Source: Mobula hypostoma (lineage: Eukaryota). Taken from it: 64,000 nucleotides of DNA. Shown one piece after another: positions 40,317 to 52,958 of this stretch. The translations under genes and the position numbers were made by a program. How positions within the stretch are numbered: position 1 is the first letter of the stretch; each line of letters starts with the position of its first letter. A model generated the notes under the pieces. The model saw only the letters and a program-made list of their open reading frames with translations. It was not told the origin of the DNA and did no database searches. The DNA lies in NCBI RefSeq assembly GCF_963921235.1, contig NC_086108.1, positions 69,690,001 through 69,754,000 on the forward strand, written 5' to 3'.

Positions 40317-41751
40317 GTAAGGCATTGTCATTTCAATTTTCTTTTCTCACTTGAAATTTGTATGACATTGTTTAACATTTTCATTGAGAAAATCAGGACA
40401 TCTGGTATTAAGAAATAGCATGGCAAAACTATTGGGTTAGGAATAGTTGTAATTTAGAAAACTGTGCATATGGATAGTTTCCAGGTGTTTAAAAAGATGA
40501 GCATCAGTTTGAGTTGCTTTTTGGATATAACTTGCTCTTTTTATTTCCCTTGTTTAAATTATCATTGTTTCATTGCCTTGTTTTATTGATCATTACTGTT
40601 ATTATTACACTTCAGATTTCTCCTTCAGATGTATTGCATATTAGACCCAAGATCTGATTGGAAAAAGATTCGTGATTACTAATTTGGTTCCTGTCACAAG
40701 CGTTTCAGACTTGCAAGTGGAAATAGTAATGGGTCTTTGATTCTAATTTTAGCAATATTTATTAGAATGGTTAAGTTAATATTGTTTGAGGCAACACCTT
40801 ATAATTGTATTGAAAACTACAGCGTTTACTGCTTTGTAAATTCAGTGTAACAGAAGTAATTAATTTGTTAATCTCAATTACCAAATAAACAGCAAACAGT
40901 TGCAAAGCTGCAAGGATAAATACGTTCACTCTTTCCCAGTATTGCTGCAGTTGAAATACAAGGAAATTTATATTTTTATTCTACAAATTGGAAACTTAAC
41001 ATGTGAAATTACATGTGTTGCATTGGGGCAGATAATTGAAATAAAGTATTCTGCAAACTTCAAGAAAGATGTGAATACATTAAGGATAGTGTAAGAAAAA
41101 TGCACTCTTACTGAAAAGCTTGAAAGCTGGGAGAGCTTTACTGGAGAAGAGATTGGCAATGTTTCCGACAAAGGAAGTGTATAGAAGAGAGTAACAGAGT
41201 TAATATAGTGAATAGTTGACTACCAGTGTAAAAGATTTGAAGTTAGAAACAATAGGTACAAAATGTTCATGATTCAGGAGAAAGTATTGCCCAGAAGAGT
41301 GGTAGATATCTAAAATATTTTACCACAGGAAGTAATTCAGAGAAACTTTGAAAAGTAGATTGAAGGAGAATAAGCACTGGAGAAAATGGGAGGTTACTGT
41401 AATTGTGTATGGAAGTAGGCTTGTGTGGTGTATAAATACCAGTACCTTAGCATTTTAATTTCTAGCCAAGCATAATACATACTACTTCCATAAGATGACA
41501 AATACCACCTGTTTTCAAAGCAATAAAATTTAACCTTCTAAGCAGTTTGCCTTGTTCATTTAGCTGTTGAAAATTCGTTCTGGAGGTAACTTACTTTCTA
41601 CCAACTGCAAGTGTGCTTGTTAATATTTTGAGTTTGGTAAAACTTTGATTAATTCCAGTTTAGTTTCTTCAAACTGAGCATGAAACCTGACAAAGGATAA
41701 TGGAATGCTGACTTTTGTATCTAGAATGCAAGATGACGGGCAGGAGTGGTG

Positions 41752-42928
41752 CAGTGGTTCCCAAACCTTTTTGGGTTACTGCCCCATTGCCTCCCAGACC
41801 ATATCCCCAGCATCCCCCATCTCTTCCTGGCTGTTACATAAAACTATAAATTATTTTTAAATATAATTACAGTAAAATTATTTTCATCAACAATTTTAGA
41901 GTGCACATTAGTAGTCCAGATTTTCACTACTTTCTCCTTTCAATGAGATGGATGGGCTTGGTGCAGTGATAGCAGCTTCTCAACATCAGGCTGAGTGTCA
42001 ATCAGAAGGAATCTCAGATCCCACATACAGTAATTTGCAGTTTGCTTTGTTGCGTTGAAAGAAGTTCGGCAACTGTACTGACACTGCACTCCACTAAATA
42101 TGATGTTGGAAAGGCAATAAAGAACATCTTACTTTTTACAAGAAAGTAATAACCCCTTGGTGGCATCCTGTCATTGATGGTGCCCCATCTGTTGCACAAG
42201 CAAGAATGTTGGTGAGTGGAATGCCATTCCCTTTGAAAACATTGTTCAACAACCTGAAATATTGACTCCCCCATCGTATCAGTTTCTCGGCCCCTTGTAA
42301 ATAACAACTCGCTTTCATCTTTTATGAAGTAGATATAACCCAGAAGCCAAGGTTAATTTCCAGGCAAAGTTGACTGCTCCAACTGTAGAACAAATACTAT
42401 TGTCCTAAGTACATTGCACAATGTGTCTTCCACATTTTCAGATATTTCATCTATTTGTCTTTGAACAAAGTTGTCGCTGAGCAGAATCACTTTAATTATT
42501 TGGTCTGATGACTTATACAAAACTGTACTCAGAACCTCCCTTACTGCTGGCAGAATCAGCTCTCCTCCAGTTGCATGGGGATTTCCAGATTAGCAATAAG
42601 CATTGAAATGTTGTATGAAGCATGCAGAGAATCACTGTTTTGTTGTGAGGTGCTAGTAAACATGTTTTAAAGTGTTTTCTGTTTCTGAAATTTACACAAA
42701 GTGACTGAAGATAAGCCATAGCCTTGTTTGCTTGATCAGTGTGTTTCCTCTTCAAATGTTCAAGTAGCCTGGACAGTTTCATTGCCTCATTTGAAAAAAC
42801 TGTTTCACACAACAGACACATTGGCTGCTGTTGGTTACTTGGTGCTGATATAAATCCATTTTTCAGACACTCCACATAAAACTATCTGCACTTCTTTTTC
42901 ATTTGGTCGGTTTCTGCTATTTTCATGC
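41752..42928 (-). mobile_element. Degraded Buster/ZBED-type hAT transposase element
   Basis: TIR-like cagtggttcccaaacc at 41752; BED-finger remnant PMCLLCETVFSNEAMK..RLLEHLKRKH; ACATDGAPSMTG; IAFPTSYLVE. Confidence 0.85.
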
Positions 42929-44090
42929 CAAGGAGAATTGGTGGATGTTGTGTACTTGGTTTTCCGGTAGGCCTTTGGCAAGGTGCCACACATAATGCTG
43001 GTTGACAAGTTAAGAACCCATAGTATTATAGGAAAAACACTAGCATGGATTATGCAGTAGCTGATTGGCAGGAAGCAAAGAGTGGGAATAAATTGAGCCT
43101 TTTTTGGTTGGCTGCCAATGACTTGTGCTGTTCCACAGGGGTCTGTGTTGGGATCGCTTCTTTTTACATTGCATGTCAATGACTTGGTTAATGGAATTGA
43201 TAGCTTTAGGGCAAAGTTTGCAGATGATATGAAGGTAGGTGGAGGAGCAGGTAGTTTTGAGTAAGCGAGACGCTACAGGAGGACAGACAGGTTAGGAGAA
43301 CGGATAAAGAAATGACAAATAGAATACAATGCTGGGAAGTGTATGGTCATGATGTATGGTAGAAGAAATAAGAGTAGACTATTTTCTAAATGGAGAGAAA
43401 ATTCAGAAATCTAAGGTGCAAAGGGACTTGGGAGTCCTTGTACAGGATTCCCTTAAGGTTAATTTGCAAGTTGAGTCTGTGGTGAGGAAATGCAATGTTA
43501 GCATTCATTTCAAGAGATCTAGAATATAAAAACAAGCAATAAATGTTGAGGCTTTATAAAGTACTAGTGAGGCTTTACTTGGAGTATTGTGAGCAGTTTT
43601 GGGCCCCTTATCTAAGAAAGGATGTGCTGGCATTGGAAAAGGTTCAAAGGAAGTTCACAAAAATGATTCTGCGATTGAAAGGCTTTGATGGCTATGGGCC
43701 TGTATTGACTAGAATTCAGAAGAATGAGGGGTGACCTCATTGAAAACTATTGAATGTTGAAAGTCCTCGACAGAGTGTATGTGGAGTGGATATTTCCTAC
43801 TGTGGGAGAGTTAAGGCCAGAGCACACAGCCTCAGAATAGAGGGACGTCCTTTTAGAACAAAGATGAGGAGGAATTTCTTTAGCCAGAGAGTGGTGAATC
43901 TGTGGGATTCGTTGCCACAGGCAGCTGTGGAGGCCAAGTCTTTATGTATATTTAAGGCAGATGTTGATAGATTCATGAAGGAGATTGGAGCTGAGAGGGA
44001 GACAGAGCAGTCATGATGAACTAGCGGAACACACTCGTTGGGCCAACTGGCCTATTTCTGCTCCTAAATCTTGTGGGTCTTATGGTCTTA
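42929..44090 (+). mobile_element. CR1 3' fragment inserted into the hAT element
   Basis: [33 protein letters not shown]; tail ttatggtctta. Confidence 0.88.
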
Positions 44091-44656
44091 TTTTTGTTAT
44101 GAATTAACGGCCACTGCAATCACTATTGTTCAAGTCCAGCCTCAAGTGCTGTGATCAATGAAGGGAAAGTTATGATGTCATCATACGTCAGACAAATCCT
44201 GAAGGCAAACAAAGTGAGGCAGCAATATCTCGGTTGGGACTTTGGCTAGAGAGATACGGTCAAGACCATTCGAAAGGACATATTCTAAACTTTATCCCAT
44301 TGAACACCATACACTAACCATGAAGTGATGCAATTCCTGTGAATTAGTGTTCCAAAGGCTGGTTGAGAGTAAGGCAGGATTTGACCAGAGCACTTTTAAA
44401 GAACTGTTAAAATAAACTTAATGAAAACCAAGGCAGTAGCACTCCAATGTTTCATGGGAGAGGGTGGTCAGAAGTCAGTTATCTCAACCGAGGTTGTTGC
44501 TGCTGAAGAACCTATGAGCAGTATCCTTGATTTGACCATCCTCAACAATTTCACAAAAGATCTTTCATTATAATGTCAAGTATTCCATTCTTATCTCTTC
44601 AGTACTTTGTCTTCTGACACCCAAAACCTTACCACTTTCAAGAATGAGATGGATTA

Positions 44657-46310
44657 AGACTATAAGATATTGGAGCAGAATTAGGCCATTTGGCCCATAG
44701 TCTGCTTCGCCATTTTATCAAGGCTGATCCAATATTTCTCTCAGTCCCAACCTCCTGCCTTCTCCCCATAACCCTTCCTGCCCGGATCAATCAAGAAACA
44801 ATCAACATCTACCTTAAATGTACTTAAAGACTTGGCCTCCACAGCTGCCTATGGCAACAAATTCCACAGATTCACCACTCTATGGCTAAAGAAATACCTC
44901 TTCCTCTGTTCTAAAATTCACCACTCTATGGCTAAAGAAATACCTCTTCCTCTATTCTGAGGCTGTGCCCTTCGGTCTTAGACACTCCCACCATAGGAAA
45001 CATCCTCTCCACGCCCACTCTGTCAAGGCCTTTCACCGTTCCATAGGGTTCAATGAAGTCACCCCTCATTCTTCTAAGTTCCGCTGAATACAGGCCTAGA
45101 GCCAACAAATGCTCTTCATGCGACAAGCCTTTTGTTTAATCCTGGAACCATTTTTCTAAACCTGCTTTGTCCCTCTCCAGTTTCAGCACATCCTTTCTGA
45201 GATAAGAGGCACAAAACTGCTCACAAGTGAGGCCTCACCACTGCTTTATAAAGTCTGAATGTGACATCCTTGCTTTTATATTCTAGTCCTCTTGAAATCA
45301 ATGCTAACATCGCATTTGGCTTCCTCACCACAGTCTTAACCTGCAAATTAACCTTTATGGAATCCTGTACAAGGATTCCCAAGTCCCTTTGCACATCAGA
45401 TTTATGTACTTTCTCTCCATTTTAGAAGATAGTTTCTTCTATGAAAGTGCATAATTTTACACTCCCGTCGCTGTATTCATCTGCCATTTCTCTGCCTATT
45501 CTCCTAATCTGTCTAAGTCCTTCTGTGGCCTTCCTGTTTTCTCAAAACTACCTGGTCCTCCACCTATCTTCATATTGTCTGCAAACTTTGCAGTAAAGCC
45601 ATCAATTCCATCATCCAAATCATTGACATATAACATGAAAAGAATCTGTCCCTAAATAGACCCTTGTGGAACACCACTAGTCACTGGCAGCCAATCAGAA
45701 AAGGCTCCCGTTATTCCCGCTCTTTGCTTCTTGCCAATCAGCCACTGCTTTATCCATACTAGAATCTATCAAGTAATGCCATGGGCCCATAGCTTGTTAA
45801 GCAGCCTCATGTGTGGCAGCTTGTCTAAGGCCTTCTGAAAACCCAAGTACACAACATCAATCGATTCTCCTTTGTCTATCCTACTTATTATTTCCACAAA
45901 GAATTCCAACATATTCGTCAGACAAGATTTTCCCTTGAGCAAACCACGCTGACTATGGCCTATTTTATAACTTGCCTCCAAGTACCACGAAACCACATTC
46001 TTAACAATTGACAATCGACTGACTCCAACATCTTCCCACCCACTAGGGTCAGATTGACTGGTCTATAGTTGCCTTTATTCTGCCTCGCTCCCTTCTTAAA
46101 GAATGGTGTGTGATTTGCAATTTACCAGTATCCAGAATCAATCCAGAATCTAGTGATTCTTGATTATTATTAATGCCTGCATGATTTCTTTAGCCACCCC
46201 TTTCAGAACTCTGGAGTGTACACCATCTGGGCCATATGACTTGTCTACCTTCAGACCTTCCAGTTTCCCAAGAACCTTCTCCCTAGTAATGGTAACTTCA
46301 CAAACTTCAT
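44657..46310 (-). mobile_element. CR1 fragment
   Basis: LKGKSCLTNMLEFF, DVVYLGFQKALDKLPH; CR1 tail; internal 46-bp-period duplication at 44870-44953. Confidence 0.88.
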
Positions 46311-47301
46311 GATCCCAAATGGTTCCACTTGTTTGAAGGAGTGCTGCTCTGATGGTGCTTAATGCTACTTAGTTCAAAGTATAGGCCAGACCCCGGATTA
46401 AAAGTAGGATCCTTACTTTTAGATGTCTATAATTCAAATTTCACCATAAGAAAATGCACAAAATCACTCTGCATGGTAGTCACATCTCCACAGTGCAATG
46501 CATGGTTCTTAAGAGGCAATGGTATCTGATTAATGCTAAGAGGTTACATGTAAATGTTTTTTTTCCTAAGTCTTGTCTTCATTTAAATTTAGCAGTGTAT
46601 ATGGGAGCTCATACATGTGTATTGGGAGAGCTGGTAGCTTACTGTTAGTTACCACATCCAATACCCAGAAAATAATTTTTTTCCCCACCATCCAGTGTAC
46701 TCCTGCTATGAAACAATCTGCAAAATGCACTATAATCACTTGCAAAAGTGTTTTAATTGCATCTCCTAAATTATTGAACTCTACCACCATGGAAAGGCTC
46801 ATGGAAACACCCCAGGTTTTGTAGGTTTCACTCCAAGTTGCCCATTATCTTGACTCTTCACTCAGAAGCCCTAAATCCTTGAGCTCCCATACCTAACAAA
46901 TCTCTGGTAGCATCCTCATAAGAAGAAATGCAGTGTTTCCAGAATGTACATCATCACCTTAGGCAATTGGGTATGAGCAATAACTGCTGCCTTTCCCAAT
47001 GACCACAATATATCAAAAATGAATCTTTATTTAAAAATGATTTTGAGAATGTTATCTGGAGTGCAAAGGTTCAATTGGGGGTTAAATAAAAACTGGGTTT
47101 ACACAACATGAAAGTTTAAAGACAAAGTGGTGATTTAATTGAAAATTTCAAGAAATTAAGGGAATTGGTGAAGTGGGTAGCAGTTATTTCCACTGGTTAG
47201 GGAATTCTAGGGCTTGGTGCTCAATGTGAATATTAGTGCTAAATCTTGTGGAAGTGAATTTTGAACCATTCCTGAATGCGAAGTGTGTTAAACATTTGAA
47301 A

Positions 47302-47920
47302 CAACACACATCAAAGTTGCTGGTGAAGAGATTTGAAAGTGGGAGGGGGAGGGGGATGGAGCCAAGAGCTGGACAGGTGATTGGCAAAAGGGGTATGAGA
47401 GGATCATGTTGATGATATAAGGTGTTGTATTCCGTCTGGGTAGTCTCCAACCTGATGGCATGAACATTGACTTCTCTAACTTCCGCTAATGCCCCACCTC
47501 CCCTCGTACCCCATCTGTTACTTATTTTTATACACACATTCTTTCTCTCACTCTCCTTTTTCTCCCTCTGTCCCTCTGACTATACCCCTTGCCCATCATC
47601 TGGGCTCCCCCCCCCCGTCTTTCTCCCTGGGCCTCCTGTCCCATGATCCTCTCATACCCCTTTTGCCAATCACCTGTCCAGCTCTTGGCTCCATCCCTCC
47701 CCCTCCTGTCTTCTCCTATCATTTTGGATCTCCCCCTCCCCCTCCCACTTTCATATCTCTTACTAGCTCTTTCTCCAGTTAGTCCTGACAAAGGGTCTCG
47801 GCCTGAAACGTCGACTGTACCTCTTCCTGGAGATGCTGCCTGGCCTGCTGCGTTCACCAGCAACTTTGATGTGTGTTGCCTGAATTTCCAGCATCTGCAG
47901 AATTCCTCATGTTTGTGTTT
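47302..47920 (+). mobile_element. Penelope insertion: deleted inverted terminal repeat followed by a complete terminal repeat
   Basis: 14-bp TSD ttaaacatttgaaa at 47288-47301 and 47921-47934; FRLGSLQPDGMNIDFSNFR* ORF end; hammerhead-like motif at 47781-47816. Confidence 0.9.
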
Positions 47921-48173
47921 TTAAACATTTGAAAAGTTCTTTTGTAATTGACAATTGTTAACTTTAAGCCTGAGACGAATAAGCTTTTATCAATCAAAGG
48001 TATTGAGGAAGTAGGGTCTATTGAGTTAAGTTAAAGATCAACCGCAATGTAAATGAATCATTAAGTCTGTGGAATTGACAGTGTGCTAACTGGCCCCAGA
48101 ACCCAATTAAATTCCAGTTTAACCACAGCTAGTATAAACCCAACTCTAGCCCAAGGAGCTATAAATTTTATTT

Positions 48174-48330
48174 GCAACACACATAAAAGTTGCTGGTGAA
48201 TGCAGCAGGCCAGGCAGCATCTCTAGGAAGAGGTGCAGTCGACGTTTTGGGCCGAGACCCTTCGTCAGGACTAACTAAAAGACGAGCTAGTAGGAAATTT
48301 GAACGTGTGAGCGGGAGGGGGAGATCCGAA
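48174..48330 (-). mobile_element. Penelope terminal-repeat fragment
   Basis: Reverse complement of about 47720-47880; hammerhead-like motif at 48237-48272. Confidence 0.85.
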
Positions 48331-48659
48331 AATTTTTTTTATGATTTTTTTTTGCTAGATAATTTGACCTAGCCCAGATCAGAATCTGGTTTCTGGTTTG
48401 CAAATGCATCTCTGATCATTTAAATTAATATTGAAGACCCCTGACCCTATTATAATATACTCAACTTTTAAACTGGATCCGTGCCCCCAAAGCAGGAAAT
48501 CATTTATTTATGGTCTGACTGAGTCAGACAAACTGCAATTTGTTTCAAAGCCAGTTCACCCAATATCATTCATCGGCTGTGCTCCTGTTCTAACATAAAC
48601 TTTAATCAATTTGGTGGCAATGTAACTTTACTAGGAAATATTAAAATAAGACTGTTTGC

Positions 48660-51470
48660 AATTAAAGTATACAACCCTGAGATTCATTTTCTTGCAGCAT
48701 ACTCAACAAATCCATAGAATAATACCAATAGCAATATCAATGAAAGACTGCATCAACTTGGGCATTCAACCAGTGTGCAAAAGCCAACTATGCAAATATG
48801 AAAAAACAAAGAAACAATAAATAAATAAATATTTAAAACATGAGATGATGAGTTCTTGAAAGTGAGTCCTTTGGTTGTGGGAACATTTCAATGATGGGGC
48901 AAGGGAAGTTAAGTAAAGTTAATCACCATTGGTTCAAGAGCCTGATGGTTGAGGGGTAATAACTGTCACCGAACCTGATGATGTGAGTCCTGAGGCTCGT
49001 GTACCTTCTTCCTGATGGCAGCAGCGAGAAGAAAATAAGTCCTAGGTGGTAGGATCCCTAATGATGGATGCTGCTTTCCTGCAACAGTATTTCATGTAGA
49101 TGTGCTCAATGGTGTGGAGGCCTTTACCCGTGATGGACTGGGCCATTTCCACTACATTTTGTAGGATTTTCCATTCAAGGGCATTTGTGTTTCCGTACAA
49201 GGTTGTGATGCAGTCGGTCAATATTCTCTCCACTACACCTCTATAGAAGTTAGTCAAAGGTTTAGATGTCATGCTGTATCTTCACAAACTCCAAAGGACA
49301 GAGGAGCTGCTGTGCTTTCTTCATAATCGCACTTGTGTGCTGGGGCCAGGACAGGTCCTCTGAAATAATAACACTGAGGAACTTAAAGTTGCTGAGCCTC
49401 TCCACCTTTGATGCTCCAATGAGGACTAGCTCATGGACCTCTGGTTTCCTGCTCCTAAAGTCAATAATCAACTTCTTGGTGTTGTTGATGGTGAATAATA
49501 GGTTGTTGTTATGGTACCACTCAGCCAGATTTTCAATTTCCTTTTTATATGCTGATTCGTTACCATCTTTGATGTGACCTGCAACAGTGGTGTAGTTAGC
49601 AAGCTTGAATATGGCATTGGACCTATGGTTAGCCACACAGTCATAAGTGTTCAGTGAGTGGAGCAAGGGGCTAAGCACATAGCCTTGTTGGTGCACCTGT
49701 GCTGATAGAGATTGTGGAGGAGATGTTGCCAATTCTAAATAGCTGGGGTCTGCAAGTGAGGAATTTGAGGATCCAATTACATAAGGAAATATTGAGGCCA
49801 AAGTCTAGGAGCTTATTGATTAGTTTTGAGGAGATGTTGGTATCAAATGCTGAGCTGTAGTTGATAAAGAGCATCCTGATGTATGCATCTTTGCTGTCCA
49901 GGTGTTTTAGGGTTGAGTGAAGAGCATAGAGATGTCATCTACTGTGGACCTTTCTCTCCAGTAGGCAAATTGGAGTGGATCTAAGATGCTTCTCGGGCAG
50001 GAGTTGATATGCTTCATCACCAACCTCTCAAAACACTTTGTCACTGTGGATGTAAGTGCTACTGGGCGATTGTCATTAAGGCAGGTTACCATGTTCTTCT
50101 TGGGCACCGGTATATAGTTGAAGCCGCTTGAAGCAGGTGGGTACCCCAGACTACTGAAGCATGAGGTTAAAGATCTCAGTGAACACTCCAGCCAATTGAT
50201 CAGCACAGGTCCTTCGTACTTGGCCAGACCTCTCGGCTAGATGTTTCTCGTGGGTTCACCCTTTTCATGGTTTCATGGATTCTCTGCTCGTATGTCAGCC
50301 TCAAAGACTGAAATCATACGATTATTGGGGACTGTGGGAGTGCGTGATGCTTCCTCAGAGTTTTGATGGTCAAAGCTAGCATAGAAGGCATTGAGCTCAC
50401 CTGGGAACGAAGCCCTGCTGTCACCTATATCATTTGATTTAACTTTATAAGAGGTGATGGTATTCAAGAGCTGCCACAACTGTTGAACATCCTTTGATTC
50501 ATGTTTGGTCCAGATTTGCCACTTTGCCTGTGAGATGGCTTTCCAGAGATTGTAGCTGGACCTCTTCTAACTTTCTTGGTCACCACACTTGAATGCACAT
50601 CTCATGGTTCATTCAGGACTTTTAATTGGGGAAGACTCTGAATGATTTTGTGAGGACACACAAAAAAGCCCACGACAACCCATGGTGCATTCAATCATAT
50701 CCATAAATGAGTCCTTGAACACAGTTTAGTTAACTGACTCGGAATGCTCGGAAGCAATCCTGTAGCCACACCTCTGCCTTCTGCGGCCACCTCTTTGTTG
50801 TCCTCAGCTCTGGACATTTGCTGTTTAGCCTCTGCTTGTATGCAGGTTGGAGAAGTCCAGGGAAGTGATCAGATTTACCGAAATGCTGCCTGGGCATGGA
50901 ATGGTAGGCATTCTTTATCTAGTATAACAGTGGTCTAGTGTGTTTGGATGTCCAGTGTTACAGGTTATATGCTGATAGTTATTGGGCAGGATTTTCTTCA
51001 AACAAGCCTGGTTGTAGTCCCTGACTATGATTTGAAATGCATTGGGATGAACTGCTTCTTGTTTGGAGACGGCATCATGCAATATCTCAAGCACTTGATT
51101 ATAGTCAGCCGCTGGTGGTATGTAAACTGTGGTCAGTATTATGGAGGAGAACTTCCTAGGTAAATAGCATGCACTGCATTTGACCGTGAATTGTTCAAGG
51201 TGGGGGAAACTGCCACATCAGAACACCACCAAGAGCTTATCACGAAACACATACCCCCACCTTTTGCATTTTCTGAATCAGCATTTTGGTCCATATGGAA
51301 AATCGAAAAGCTGCCTTGAAAATCAAAGATCACTGTATCTGGTGTACTGGAAGAAAGCCAAGTCTCACTCAGATATAGAATACAACAGTCTCTCATTTTC
51401 CTCCAATACAGCAAACTTGCCCTCAAGACCTCAATTTTGTTTTCTAGCAATTACACATTTGCTAACAAGA
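48660..51470 (-). mobile_element. Long degraded Rex1/Babar-like LINE (APE and RT)
   Basis: LENKIE...CILYLSETWL (APE start), [44 protein letters not shown]. Confidence 0.88.
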
Positions 51471-52144
51471 TGGTGGGGAGGCCTCATCTCTCTCTGTTTC
51501 AGCCTGGCTTGGAGTCCCCTCCCATCTGCCTCACTTCAGCCATTGCAATGACCCTTTGTCTGTTTAAGGTACTGTACCTGGTCGCTGAGACCTTGAGACA
51601 ATTGTGAAATCTGTAGATCAGTAAGTTGATTTAGAACTACATTGCTTAGAGGGAAATTACCATGCTTCAGAATGAGTAATTGTAGAGTAATTGGAAAGTG
51701 GTATATTTAGAAGTATGTTTGGAAGTATTGTCTGCAGCCCACAGAATGTTGCTGTGGTTCATCATTGCCATCTCTCGATCTCCAGTGCAAGGCAAAGTAA
51801 AATATGAAGGGATTAGCAAAGAATATCTAGGTTCTTTTAAAATCATGGGCTTGCCAATGTGCAGCTAATATAGATCAGGTGCAAGATAAAAAGGACTTGG
51901 TGCAGTTAATGTGATGGAAGCAGGAATTTGGATGAGCTCCAGTTTTTGGGTGGTGAAAAGTTGGATCCAAGAAAATGTTGCAATTATCAAGGTTGGAGTG
52001 GGGAAAGGCATAGATGCATATTAAAGCAGCAGATAAGCTGAGAAAAATGTAGAGACTGGAAGTGATATGAACTAAGAGTGGTTTGTTCATGGCATGGAGG
52101 TGAAATTGGAACCAGAATTAGAATCGGGCTTATTATCACCGGCA

Positions 52145-52958
52145 TATAACCATATAACAATTACAGCACGGAAGCAGGCTATCTCGGCCCTTCCAGTCCG
52201 CGCCGAACGCTTACTCTCACCTAGTCCCACCGACCTGCACTCAGCCCATAACCCTCCATTCCTTTCCTGTCCAAATACCTATCCAATTTTTCTAGGGAAT
52301 ATCCTGTCAGGACCCAGATTCTTATCTTCTTTTATATTCCTTAAAAGCGCCAGTACTTCCTCTTCTTTAATCATCATAGATTCCATTACTTCCCTACCTG
52401 TTTCCCTTATCTTACACAATTCAATATCCTTCTCCTTGGTGAATACCGAAGAAAAGAAATTGTTCAGAATCTCCCCCCATCTCTTTTGGCTCCACACATA
52501 TCTGTCCACTCTGATTCTCAAGGGGACCAATTTTATCCCTCACTGTCCTTTTGCTATTAATATAGCTGTAGAAACTCTTTGGTTTTATTTTCACCTTACT
52601 TGCCAAAGCAACCTCGTTTTTTTTTAGCTTTTCTAATTTCTTTCTTAAGATTCTTTTTACGTTCTTTATATTCCTCGAGCACCTCATTTACTCCATGCTG
52701 CCTATATTTATTGTAGATATCTCTCTTTTTCCAAACCAAGTTTCCGATATCCCTTTAAAACCATGGCTCGCTTAAACTTTAACCTTTCCTTTCAACCTAA
52801 CAGGAGCATAAAGATTCTGTACCCTCAACATTTCACCTTTAAATGACCTCCATTTCTCTATTACACCCTTCCCATAAAACAAATTGTCCCAATCCACTCC
52901 TCCTAAATCCATTCGCCTTTCTCCAATCAAAAATCTCAACCCTGCATCCAGACCTATC
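52145..52958 (-). mobile_element. Internally deleted CR1 fragment
   Basis: KPKSFYSYINSKR, EILNNFFSSVFTKE joined directly to a CR1 3' tail. Confidence 0.85.

Noticed and set aside
41935..42928. Domesticated ZBED5/SCAND3-like gene
   Set aside because: Multiple frameshifts, stops and deletions, a TIR remnant and a CR1 insertion indicate a dead transposon.
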